Source: Anolis carolinensis (taxonomy: Eukaryota). Taken from it: 64,000 nt of DNA. The notes beneath the pieces are model-generated. The model did no database searches. It was not told the DNA's origin and worked only from the letters and a program-made list of their open reading frames with translations. A program made the position numbers and the translations under genes. Position 1 is the stretch's first letter, and every line of letters begins with the position of its first letter. Of this stretch, positions 52,736 to 64,000 are shown one piece after another. The stretch is taken from the NCBI RefSeq assembly GCF_035594765.1, contig NC_085845.1, positions 167,416,897-167,480,896 of the forward strand, written 5' to 3'.

Positions 52736-52937
52736 ATTCTAGAATATGCTTCTGCATTCCTCCATTTCCCCATGTCCATTATTCAGTGATATTGCTGTGG
52801 ACTAATGCCTCTTCTTAGGCTTTGGTAATACTGACCACATCACAGCTTGTCCTGTTCAGTTAGATTTTGGCAAGGTTCAGACATTGTTCATTGGAAAAAC
52901 TTTACAGCGTGGCTTTTTATGTCTATCTTTTGTCTAG

Positions 52938-52997
52938 AAGGCTTGGACACTGCTAATGAGACAGAAGACATGTCTGGAAGAAAAGAAGAAGCAGAAG
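52938..52997 (+). CDS. multi-FTP gene: candidate acidic linker exon
   Basis: ttttgtctag|AAGGC...GCAGAAG|gtcagt; 60 nt, phase 1-1, EGLDTANETEDMSGRKEEAE. Confidence 0.6.
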
Positions 52998-54779
52998 GTC
53001 AGTATACATGGTCCTCAGAATCCTAGTTTTAAACTTAATACGATATACTAGAGGTCACCAGCTAAACCTGATTCAGGTATTCGGGTAAATTTGGGTATTG
53101 GTGAGGGACTGGCTTGAGTGTGTGTGTATATATTTTTTGTTCTTTTTTTGTTTTGAATTTCTTTTGAAGGGAGGGGGTTGTGGGGCGGGGAGGTTCAGGG
53201 GTTCCCAAATGGACCCCAAGGGCCATTGCTTCCCCATTCTGTCATATAGCTCAGAATCATTGATATCCTAGTAAATTGATTTAGAAGTTTGAAATCATTG
53301 TAATATTTTCCTCTTTCTTCTTTAATAACAGTTATTTCAGCAATTGCAAAATGGACGAAACCAAGAGAACTGCCAAACCTATGGGAAGACCATCATAATT
53401 CTTCTTTAGTTGGTAAACCAACCCTTCTGATACTGTGGTCATAGGAGACTAGATAACATATAATCTGAATCCTCTTAACTTATTCTGTCTAAACTCTAAA
53501 GTAAGCCCATTGAATCAATTGCCACATGGAGATTTAACACAAATGTAAATCCCAGTCTATTCTGATTTGGACTTATAATAGGATTAAAGCCTAAAATATA
53601 TTTCTGATGGAAATAATAATTCACATAGGACTCATTTATACCTACCAAATATTCTGTGGCCAAGTCTAGTTCTGGAAATGGCTACAACACTCTAAAAACT
53701 CCATTTACAATTGATTGTATGATAATTATGTATTATGTAATTTACTACTGTGATTGGTCAGTTGAGTGAGGGAAAGGATTTAGTATATCTTTCATATAAT
53801 GAAGTAGGATTTTACCTCCTAAGCACACCTAACCCAATCCTGAGATAGCAAGATTGTCATAAAATCCCCTGAATCTACAAAATAGCCGTAGATTCTCTCA
53901 TGCCCATTATAGTTAGACCCATTGCAGAGAATGGTTGTTTGCATTCACCTGACTTCTAACTGAACAAAAGAAAAAGTCTGTCTTTCTCACAAGATAAATA
54001 TGGACAATCATTTGTCATATGCTGTTTTTCTTCATAGGCAGGTAGCGGTCCATAATCATAGCCTTTCTAATGTGGAGAATTTTATTATTACGGCCTTTAT
54101 TTGATTTCTTCTGCACTACGTGTGATTATATGCTACCATTATTATGTTTATTTGTGCCCCACCTTCTCTCTCCATACGGAGACTCAAAGTGGCTCACAGT
54201 TAAGAGTATTACAATACAACTTAAAATATACAATATTCAAATATTAAAATAGTATTAAACATCATGGGGCCGGGCTGTGGCACAGGCTGGTGAGCAGCCA
54301 GCTGCAATCAATTACTCTGACCATGAGGTCATGAGTTCGAGGCCAGCCCGTGGCAGGGTGAGCACCCGACAATTAAAAATAAAAAATAGCCTCTGCTCGT
54401 TGCTGACCTAGCAACCCGAAAGATAGTTGCATCTATCAAGTAGGAATTTAAGGTACCACTTATAAAGTGGGGAGGCTAATTTAACTAATTTACAACTCCA
54501 TAAAAATATATCATCCAGCTGACGTTGGAATGAGGAAGTGCCATCACAGTGGATGATGAAGCAGCTGCTCCCCCCCCCCCCCCCCCCGTGGCCGGAATCG
54601 AACATCCCCTCAGGAGAAGGTTAAATTGCCTCTGCGTCTGTCTCTGTCTCGGTTCTATGTGTATATGGGCATTGAGCGTTTGCCTTATATGTATACAATG
54701 TGATTTGCCCTGAGTCCCCCTGAGAAGGGCGGAATATAAATACTGTAAATAATACATCGTTAATATTAAAAGAATTCAA

Positions 54780-57350
54780 GTTAAAACCATAAAAACATAT
54801 AAAACTACAGCACCCCTTGACTTAAACACTTTAATCTTTAAACACCTGTCTGAATAAAAAGGTTTTAGTCTGCCACTGGAAGGACAGCAGGGAAGGGGCC
54901 ATTCTGGCTCCCCTGGGCAGGGAGTTGAGTCAAGGGGCAGCCACCGAGAAGGCCCTCTCTCTCTCGTTCCTACCAACAGAGCTTGAGATGGAGGTGGGAC
55001 CGAGAGAAGGGCTTCTCATGAAGATCTCAGGGCCCAGGAAGGTTCGTACAAGGGGATGCAATCAGCCCAATAGCCTGGACCTGAACCATCTAGGGCTTTA
55101 AAGGTCATAACCCAGAAACAGACCTGCACCCAGTGTAGCTGCTTCAACGGGGGGTTGTCTGCTCCCTGTTGCCAGCTCCAGTGAGCAACCTAGCTGCAGC
55201 TCTTTGGACCAGCTGAAGTATCCAAGCACTCTTCAGAGGCATCCCCACATGGAGCGTGTTACAGTAATCCAGATGGGATGAAATTAAGCTGTGTACCACC
55301 ATGGCCAGATGTAGTTTCTCAAGGAACGGGTGCAGTTGGTGCACAAGTTTTAATTGTTCAAAGGCTCTCCTGGCCACCTCTGACACCTGAGCCTCCAGGA
55401 GGACTCAAAACTGCGGACCTGTGTCTTCAGGGGGAGTGTAACCCCATCCAGCACACGCTGGATCCCTATTCCTTGATCTGCCTTCCAACTGACCAGGAGC
55501 AGCCCTGTTTTGTCTGGATCAAGTTTCAATTTGTTTGCCCTCATCCAGCCCATTACTGATGAAAGGCACTGGTTTAGGTTCAGGACAGCTTCCTTGGCTG
55601 TAGTAGAGTGTAGTAAAGCTGGGCGTCATCTGCATATAGGTGGCACCAAACTCCAAAACTCTGAATGACCTCTCCCAGCAGTTTCATGTATATGTTAAAC
55701 AGCTTGGGGGACAAAATGGAACCCTGAGAACCACAAGGATAATGGCCAAGGAGTCCCCCAGCACCATCTTCTGGGTATGGCCCTCCAGGAAGGATTGGAA
55801 CCATTGGTCAATGGTATTGAAAGCCACTGAAAGGTCCAGGAGAACTGGGAAACACTCCCCCTGTCTAGCTCTCTGAGGAGGTCATCCATCAAGGTGACCA
55901 AAAGCTGTCTCTGTTCCATAGCCAGGCCTGAAACCAGGTTAAAATGGATCTAGATAATCTGTATTATCCAGGAATCCCTGGAGTTGGGAGGCCACCATAC
56001 GCTCCAAAACCTTACTCAGAAAGGAGAGGTTGGACACTGGATGATAATTATTCTTTATAGAGGGGTTCAGAGATGGCTTTTTAAATATAGGCTCCACAAC
56101 TTCATCCTTTAGGCAAAGGCAAAGTTCCACCACCTTCACCCAGTCTGCATGCTCACTTCTGACCTCTTTGATCAGCCAGAAAGGGCAAGGATCTAAAATA
56201 CATGTGGTAGCTCTCACCTCTCCAAGGATCCTGTCCACATCTTCAGGCTGCACAAATTGAAAGGTATCCATTAACACCGGACAAGCAGGAGCCAAAGTTA
56301 CATCTATTGGAACTGTATCAATAACAGCATCTAAGTCAGAACGGATCTGAGCGACTTTATCTGCAAAGTATTGTGCAAATTCACAGTGAGATCCTCAATG
56401 GTCAGGGATTTCTCCTTATTTATTTATTTCGTGTCAAAAGCATTGGTACAGAAAATACATTTCAAATAATGGAAATAAAAAAGAAAAGAAATCACAAGCA
56501 ACTAAATAGTTTTGGACCAAAAGCGGGCAACAGCAACCGCATTGTCTGTAGCTTTAAACAACTCCTCCTCCGTACATGAGGCAGGGCATTGTGGGCAAGC
56601 ATACATATGCTGAATTGTTTGTTCAGCTCCACAGTCACACAAGGTGGAGGATTCCTCCAGGCAGTGCCACCTTGCCAAGTTGTCTTTAGATCTGCCCACT
56701 CCACTTCTGAGTCTGTTCAGGGACTTTCAAGTTGCCCATTCTTGGTTTGCCCCTGGAAGAAGACCCTCTTGGGGGGCCATCCAGTTAGAATTGCCAGGTT
56801 TAGCTGCCCAGAGGGACACCCTTGCTGTTGCTGGAGGAACCTCAAGAGGAGTGGTGGTTCTCATGAAGCCCTTCCTTGATTTGAGTCTGGTGGGAGGAGG
56901 GTGATAGCCATGCAGTGGGTGGCTTTCACAATGTTCAACCTTTTTTCTCTCACTGTTAGCAGCAACTTCCCGTCGCACGTCAGGAGGGGCAATGCCAGCT
57001 AACTTGTAGAGTTTATCAGCAGGTGTAGGTTTAAGGCATCCCGTGATGATTCTGCATGTTTCATTCAGTGCTATGTCCACCTGCTTTGCATGGGCAGACT
57101 TGTGCCAAACAGGACAGGCATACTCTGCAGTTGAGAAAGACAAGGCCAGGGCTGATGTTCTTATTATTTGTGGGTCTGCTCCCCATGCGCTTAAGGGATT
57201 TCTCCTTAAGGACCAGTATGTAATGGTCCTCTGACTACTCGCAACAGCTCAGCAGGACGGTTCCTTGCAGATACAATGGTAGCAGAAGGAACGATTTCTC
57301 TACTGCCTCCATTGCCATCGAGTAGGCTTTCAAATATGCTCTAGCCCATG
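54780..57350 (-). mobile_element. degenerate L2 LINE hosting a Vingi insertion
   Basis: minus-strand [14 protein letters not shown]...[10 protein letters not shown] (RT) and ATTCILDPCP...NYHPVSNLSFLSKVLER. Confidence 0.85.
56419..57193 (-). mobile_element. 5'-truncated Vingi/Ingi-type LINE with 15-bp TSD
   Basis: FSTAEYACPVW..SAHAKQVDIALNETCRIITGCLKPTP..LAGIAPPDVRR; (TAAA)n tail; TSD AGGGATTTCTCCTTA at 56404-56418 and 57194-57208. Confidence 0.8.
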
Positions 57351-57715
57351 CTTGGTCAGATTCACTTCGAGTTCTCCACATGGGCACTTTATATGACTTA
57401 AGAAATAAATATTTTACTGTACTCTTTTAATGCTTATTTCTAACTAAAGTACATGTTCCTCTACTGCCTTTCTCCTTTCTGGTTGTTATTTTCAGGATTG
57501 GAAACATTTTGGAGCCAGGAACTTGTCAAGATAGCATATATAGTTCTAAAAGGCATAATATACATTGATACCATGTAACAATAACTACAGTTTATTATGG
57601 TGAATTGTTAGCTGTATTTACTAAATAATAGAAATTATTTTGGATCTGATTTATGCTTTCTGATTACTTTATATAACATATGTTAACACTGTCATTGTTG
57701 CCAGAAAAAATAGTA

Positions 57716-58037
57716 CAGTAGAGTCTCACTTATCCAACACTCGCTGATCCAACATTTTGGATTATCCAACACATTTCTGTAGTCAATATTTTCAATACAT
57801 CGTGATATTTTGGTGCTAAATTCGTAAATACAGTAATTACTACATAGCATTACTGCATATTGAACTATTTTTTCTGTCAAATTTGTTGTATAACATGATG
57901 TTTTGGTGCTTAATTTGTAAAATCATAACCTAATTTGATGTTTAATAGGCTTTTCCTTAATGCCTCCTTATTATCCAACATATTCACTTATCCAACATTC
58001 TGCCGGCCCGTTTAGTTGGATAAGTGAGACTCTACTG
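57716..58037. mobile_element. Tc1/mariner MITE
   Basis: TA TSD and TIRs. Confidence 0.9.
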
Positions 58038-58186
58038 TATATTTGTGCATGCCATTCAAACAGAATGTGGGAATACATTTTCGGTGTTGGAAATTTTCCA
58101 GTGTTTTCTAGAAGTTTGAATACAGAGTCACTCTAACGTTTTCTCCCTATTTCCATAATATTCCTCTCTGTTACCCATTCCTATAG

Positions 58187-58472
58187 TCCGCAATGTGGCC
58201 ATTAATGGACAGGCATCCCAGTCCAGCTCTTACAATTCCTTATCATCCCCTGCACATGCCATCGATGGGTCTACAGCTTCCAATTATTTACTTGCGCAGT
58301 GTACCCACACAAGTAAAGAGAGCAATCCATGGTGGATGGTGGACCTGAGGGCAAGATTTCGAGTGCTCAGTATTGTTGTCACTAACAGAGGAGATTGCTG
58401 TGAGGAGCGGATACGAGGTGCTGAAATCCGAATCGGAGATTCAAAAGATAGAGGAGGCACTGCAAATCCCAG
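58187..58472 (+). CDS. multi-FTP gene: domain 3 exon A
   Basis: 286 nt; NVAINGQASQSS..AIDG..CTHTSKESNPWWMVDL..TNRGDCCEERI. Confidence 0.9.
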
Positions 58473-58925
58473 GTACCGCTAGCCTGTTCACGATTTGCAA
58501 GATAAATTATGGGATGGGAAGCAATATGAATCTAGCTAATACCTTCTAGATTCCCATTATTCGTGTTTGGTATACATGGGTTGCTAACATGCCAACTTTC
58601 ATGGAGTAAATCTGCACTATGGAGTCAAAGCCATACAATGTCACTTCAGTTGTCATGGCATCTTTGTATGGAATCATGGGATTTATAGAATGCTTCTCCC
58701 AATGCCAGCAGAGCATCTTAAGAAATGACATTTCGCTGGGTTGCATGTGATAGAACCACAGAAGTTAAAATTTCAGATTACTACTGTTATATTGAATAGA
58801 TACAGTAATTACTTTAGTAGCCTCATGTTGCAATCATTTTCACAAGGTTAGGGGATTCTTGAGAAATCATACCATTTTCATATGTCACTGCAACACTAAT
58901 CAATATAATTTGGTTTGTTTTCAAG

Positions 58926-59080
58926 GTGTGCCATAATTACCTCACTGGGTTTGGGTGAAACTGGCAAATATGAGTGTGATGAAATGTCTGGACAATATGT
59001 GACTATCACCATTCCACAAAGAAACAGTTATCTCTCCTTGTGTGAAGTACAAGTCTATGGTCAGCGGATAATTCCCCCAG
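58926..59080 (+). CDS. multi-FTP gene: domain 3 exon B
   Basis: aag|GTGTGCC...CCCCCAG|gtatgt; CAIITSLGLGETGKYECDEMSGQYVTITIPQRNSYLSLCEVQVYG. Confidence 0.9.
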
Positions 59081-60118
59081 GTATGTATATAAGTTGACAC
59101 TGGGAAAAACTCTCTAAATATTTTTGATTTTGTAAAGGGAGAAACACTGGTTCAAGACAATAAGGTTTAAGATGATATTATTCATCAACATCGTGCTTTC
59201 TCTTAATAATAGCACTCAAAGCAACTTAACAAATTTAATGTATATACAGGCCGTCACCAAATTACAAACATCTGACTTACAAATGACTCATAGTTAAGAA
59301 TGGGTGTTAGACAACAGCAAGTGAGATCCAGATATTTTGAGTTTTGTTGACTAAAATTTTTAGACATACACATGAGCATATAACGTAAAACAAACAGAGC
59401 TTAAAATGTAGCGGATTGATGATGATAAATGGAAGCTCTTACGTGTGCGTTAACATTGCCATCTGTCGCACCTCAGATTAGTTTCACCTTGCTGAACACA
59501 CCAGGCTGTACACAGGTTGAAATCTTTTGTAGTTTATTAGGAAATAGGAAATAAATAGTTCTTAAAAAGCAAAAGTAAAGATCCAAAAGATTGTTGCAAA
59601 ACCAAGGCTGTAAAGAATAATCCAAGAAAACAGTAGGCATAAAACAAGGTTCCATTAATACATGACATAATCCCATGAACTTGAATACACAAAGCTGCAA
59701 GATAATCTAAGAGAGCAAGAGCTGCTTCTAACTTAAACGAGACATTGCTTTTGACAAAGATTTCTCTCTCAGCACACCCTTTAATATTCCCTGCATAGCA
59801 TGAATGCATTTCTTTGGCCTCTGACCTCTTTCTTGTTTGCTATTCTAACACTCCTGCGAACCCTAAATTCCAAATGGCCAGCTTTATCCAGAGATTCCGT
59901 TTCACCAAGGCCAGACAGCTCATTAGCAGCAGCCTCTGTCTATATGCTATCTAACTGGGAGCTGTCCTCCCTTTGCACCTGGCTAGCTTCGGTATCATAT
60001 CCAGTATCATCAACACCATTCCCTGCCTTGGGAATTCCTCCCACCACTAGAGTTTACCATGATAAATAGTCATGGCGATAATTAAGGATCACATTTATGT
60101 CTTCTAATTTCTTTAATT

Positions 60119-62024
60119 GGAGCCCCCGGTGGCTCAGTGGGTTAAACCGCTGAGCTGCTGAACTTAGAATCATAGAATCATAGAATCATAGAATAGTAGA
60201 GTTGGAAGAGACCTCAAGGGCCATCTAGTCCAACCCCCCGCTAAGAAGCAGGAAATCGCATTCAAAGCACCCCCGACAGATGGCCATCCAGCCTCTGCTT
60301 AAAAGCTTCCAAAGAAGGTGCCTCCACCACATTCCGGGGGAGAGAGTTCCACTGCCGAACAGCCCTCACAGTGAGGAAGTTCTTCCTGATGTTCAGGTGG
60401 AATCTCCTTTCCTGTAGTTTGAAGCCATTGTTCCGTGTCCTAGTCTGCAGGGCAGCAGAAAATAAGCTTGCTCCCTCCTCCCTATGACTTCCCCTCACAT
60501 ATTTGTACATGGCTATCATGTCTCCTCTCAGCCTTCTCTTCTGCAGGCTAAACATGCCCAGCTCTTTAAGCCTCTCCTCATAGGGCTTGTTCTCCAGACC
60601 CTTAATCATTTTAGTTGCCCTCCTCTGGACGCTTTCCAGCTTGTCAGCATCTCCCTTCATCTGCGGTGCCCAAAACTGGACACAGTATTCCAGGTGTGGT
60701 CTGACCAAGGCAGAATAGAGGGGGAGCATGACTTCCCTGGATCTAGACGTTATTCCCCTATTGATGCAGGCCAAAATCCCATTGGCTTTTTTAGCTGCCG
60801 CATCACATTGTAGGCTCATGTTTAACTTGTTGTCCACGAGGACTCCAAGATCTTTTTCGCACACACTGCTGTCAAGCCAGGCGTCCCCCATTCTGTATCT
60901 TTGATTTCCATTTTTTCTGCCGAAGTGAAGTATTTTGCATTTGTCCCTGTTGAACTTCATTTTGTTAGTTTCGGCCCATCTCTCTAGTCTGTCAAGATCG
61001 TTTTGAATTCTGCTCCTGTCTTCTGGAGTGTTAGCTATCCCTCCCAGTTTGGTGTCATCTGCAAACTTGATGATCGTGCCTTCTAACCCTTCGTCTAAGT
61101 CGTTAATAAAGATGTTGAACAGAACCGGGCCCAGGACGGAGCCCTGCGGCACTCCACTTGTCACTTCTTTCCATGATGAAGACGACGCATTGGTGAGCAC
61201 CCTTTGGGTTCGTTCGCTTAGCCAATTACAGATCCACCTAACCGTAGTTTTGTCTAGCCCACATTTTACTAGTTTGTTTGCCAGAAGGTCGTGGGGGACT
61301 TTGTCGAAGGCCTTACTGAAATCTAGATATGCTACATCCACGGCATTCCCTGTATCGACCCAACTCGTAACTCTATCGAAAAAAGAGATCAGATTAGTCT
61401 GGCATGACTTGTTTTTGGTAAATCCGTGTTGACTATTAGCAATGACCGCATTTGTTTCTAAGTGTTTGCAGACCACTTCCTTAATGATCTTTTCCAGAAT
61501 CTTGCCTGGTATTGATGTGAGGCTGACCGGACGGTAATTGTTTGGGTCGTTCTTTTTTCCCTTCTTGAAGATAGGGACCACATTCGCCCTCCTCCAATCT
61601 GCTGGGACTTCTCCTGTTCTCCAAGAACTCTCGAAGATAATTGCCAGTGGTTCTGAAATAACTTCCGCTAGTTCCTTCAGTACTCTTGGGTGTAGCTGAT
61701 CTGGCCCTGGGGACTTGAATTCGTTTAGAGTGGCCAGGTGCAAACCAAAAGGTTGCCAAGTTTGAATCCAGGGAGTGGGGTGAGCTCCGGCTATTAGCCC
61801 CAGCTTCTGCCAGCCTAGCAGTATGAAAATATGCAAATGTGAGTAGATCAATAGGTACCGCCACAGCGGGAAGGTAACGGTGCTCCATGTAGTCATGCTG
61901 GCTACAAGACCTTGGAGGTGTCTATGGACAACGCCAGCTCTTCGGCTTAGAAATGGCGATGAGCACCAACTCCCAGAGTCGGATACGACTGCAGTTAATG
62001 TTAGGGGAGAACCTTTACCTTTAC
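60119..62024 (+). mobile_element. Sauria-type SINE split by a CR1 insertion
   Basis: head 60119-60165, remainder 61741-62024; near-TSD CTAATTTC(T/C)TTAA at 60104-60116 and 62025-62037. Confidence 0.85.
60165..61740 (-). mobile_element. young 5'-truncated CR1 LINE with uninterrupted RT frame
   Basis: (AGAATCAT)n tail on +; [16 protein letters not shown]...[20 protein letters not shown]...KFADDTKL, stop at 60262. Confidence 0.95.
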
Positions 62025-62080
62025 CTAATTTCCTTAACATTGAATATACTATTATTTTAGCACCAAACAATGTGGGAATA

Positions 62081-62306
62081 GGGTTGTTGTATGTTTTCCG
62101 GGCTGTATGGCCATCTATGGCAGGCATCCTCAGAGGTTGTGAGGTATGGAGAAACTAAGCAAGGAGAAACTACCTCACAACCTCTGAGAATGCCTGCCAT
62201 AGATGCGGGTGAAACGTCAGTAGAGAATACTTCTGGAACATGGCCATACAGCCCGGAAAACATATAACAACCCTGTGATCCCAGCCATGAAAGCCTTCGA
62301 CAACAT
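62081..62306. mobile_element. Penelope-like insertion with inverted terminal segments and 12-bp TSD
   Basis: TSD AATGTGGGAATA at 62069-62080 and 62307-62318; internal inverted repeats; hammerhead-like motif 62181-62221. Confidence 0.75.
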
Positions 62307-62424
62307 AATGTGGGAATACTTTATCCATGTTGGTAATATTCATATGCTTTTCAGAAGATTGAATACAGTGCTAAAGGTTTCTCTCTGTTCCTCTAATATA
62401 TCTCTTGGTTGCTCATTCCCGTAG

Positions 62425-62710
62425 TCCGCAATGTAGCCTATGATGGAAAGGCATATGAGTCCAGCTCCTTCAATTCACTATCAGTCCCTGAACATGCTAT
62501 CGATGGTTCTACAGCTGCAAATTATTTACGTGGGCATTGCACCCACACAAAGCTAGAAGTTAATCCATGGTGGATGGTGGACTTGAGGGCCAGATTTCGA
62601 GTACTCAGTGTTGTTGTCACCAACAGAGGAGATTGCTGTGAGGAGCGGTTAGACGGTGCTGTAATCCTAATTGGAGACTCGAAAGATAGAGGAGGCATTA
62701 CAAATCCCAG
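62425..62710 (+). CDS. multi-FTP gene: domain 4 exon A
   Basis: 286 nt; CTHTKLEVNPWWMVDL..TNRGDCCEERL. Confidence 0.9.
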
Positions 62711-63075
62711 GTACCACTATATTGCTAAATGGGATGTATAGTGTATTCCTTTGAATGACAGTAGAGAATTCTAAGGGCACTTAGTAAACTACATTTTCTG
62801 GGTTTCATATGATAGAACCATGACAGTTAAAAATGAAACCAGACTGCTATTGTGTCATGCATGTTGGTTATTATGCCAGATCCCAATGAAAATATTTTGA
62901 GGATGGGAGGGGGGACAGCTTCCATTCACAAAATCATAGGTAGCCAGACTAAAATCAGTTTGACCATTTTAGTAGTCACTAGTCACAAGTACACTTTCAC
63001 AAGGCCTTGAAAAAAATCAATCCCCTTCAACATGTCATTGCAACACTAATCAATATGATCTGTTCTGCTTTCAAG

Positions 63076-63230
63076 ATGTGCCACAATTACCTCACTCCGT
63101 ATGGGTGAAACTCACAAATTTGAGTGTAATGAAATGCCCGGACAATATGTGACTATCACCATCCCAGATAGAAGCAATTATCTCTCTGTGTGTGAAGTAC
63201 AAGTCTTTGGGGAGCGCATCATTCCCCCAG
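63076..63230 (+). CDS. multi-FTP gene: domain 4 exon B
   Basis: aag|ATGTGCC...CCCCCAG|gtatgt; CATITSLRMGETHKFECNEMPGQYVTITIPDRSNYLSVCEVQVFG. Confidence 0.9.
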
Positions 63231-63314
63231 GTATGTAGATAGATTTTTCAATTAATTTCCAAGTTGAAACTTTTCCTGTTGAGTGGTTTACACACAGTGT
63301 TTTGCTCCTTGTAG

Positions 63315-63600
63315 TACCCAATGTGGCTCTTAAAGGGAAGGCCTTCCAGTCCAGCCTCTACCACAAACTAGGTTTGGCAGAACATGCCATCGATGGATCT
63401 ACTGCAGTTGATTATTATCGCCAGTCCTGCACTCACACAGAACTTGAAATGAATCCTTGGTGGATGGTGGATCTGGAGGCAGAATTTAGTGTGGCAAGTG
63501 TTAGTATCAGTAATCGGGAAGACTGCTGTGCAGATCGATTAAATGGAGCTCAAATCCTGATTGGAAACTCAGTGGAGAATGGAGGTTTGAAGAATCCCAG
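63315..63600 (+). CDS. multi-FTP gene: domain 5 exon A
   Basis: 286 nt; CTHTELEMNPWWMVDL..SNREDCCADRL. Confidence 0.9.
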
Positions 63601-63788
63601 GTATTTGTTGGCTTGGTACTTCAGAAATTAAAATGAAATGGAAAGGATAAACAAATGCCCACTTATTTACTGACATGAGCAGCAATCATGATTGGTTTTT
63701 TCTTCTTGATTTGCATGTTTTCATTTTTTAGTAGAAAATAAGCTGCTGTCAATCACTTGATTAATACTCTGAACTTATTTATTTCAAG

Positions 63789-63940
63789 GTGCGCGGTGAT
63801 CACTGCAATTGGTGCTGGAGAAACTGAAAATTTTGATTGCAAAGGAATGAAGGGGCGATATGTTACAGTGACTATCCCCAGTGTTCAGTATCTCACTCTG
63901 TGTGAAGTTCAAGTGTTTGGCGTCAGGGTTGATTCCTCTG
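63789..63940 (+). CDS. multi-FTP gene: domain 5 exon B (gene continues beyond window)
   Basis: aag|GTGCGCG...TCCTCTG|gtgagt; CAVITAIGAGETENFDCKGMKGRYVTVTIPSVQYLTLCEVQVFG; ends at a donor, no stop. Confidence 0.9.
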
Positions 63941-64000
63941 GTGAGTAGAGAGATGGTTTAGTTTTTAAGTCTGATGCGCAGCTGCTCTTTATTGGCTGGT

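Noticed and set aside
60262-62127. 621-aa minus-strand ORF as a host gene or full-length RT gene
   Set aside because: Chimeric by chance: the N-terminal ~130 aa read through Penelope-like and SINE sequence. Only ~61740-60262 is CR1 ORF2, and it lacks the endonuclease.
33870-62640. RGD tripeptides as integrin-binding motifs
   Set aside because: They are the R-x-D of the fucose-binding motif and vary to RKD/RED in sister domains. There is no independent support for integrin binding.

Overview
Vertebrate genomic DNA, very probably an Anolis-type lizard given its repeats (Sauria SINEs, CR1, L2, Vingi, Penelope-like, hAT and Tc1/mariner MITEs). From left to right: (1) the last eight coding exons of WBP11 (+, 642-9459, one GC-AG intron). 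(2) A small replication-dependent histone cluster (+): H1 17190-17882, H2B 20857-21237 and H3.2 23693-24103, each with promoter boxes, 3' stem-loop and U7 HDE. There is no H2A or H4. The cluster also holds a coding-less 'ghost' histone gene at ~14695-14880 (-) and several orphan CCAAT promoter-like patches. (3) An F-type lectin (fucolectin, FTP)-pentraxin fusion gene (+, ~32757-39365) whose two ligand sites both look degenerate. (4) A secreted multi-FTP gene (+, from 43681) with at least five tandem FTP domains that runs off the window end. Penelope-like repeats carrying minimal hammerhead-ribozyme motifs are concentrated in the histone cluster. Exon boundaries were read by hand from splice signals and frame continuity. 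Repeat family names come from motif recognition, not a database search.
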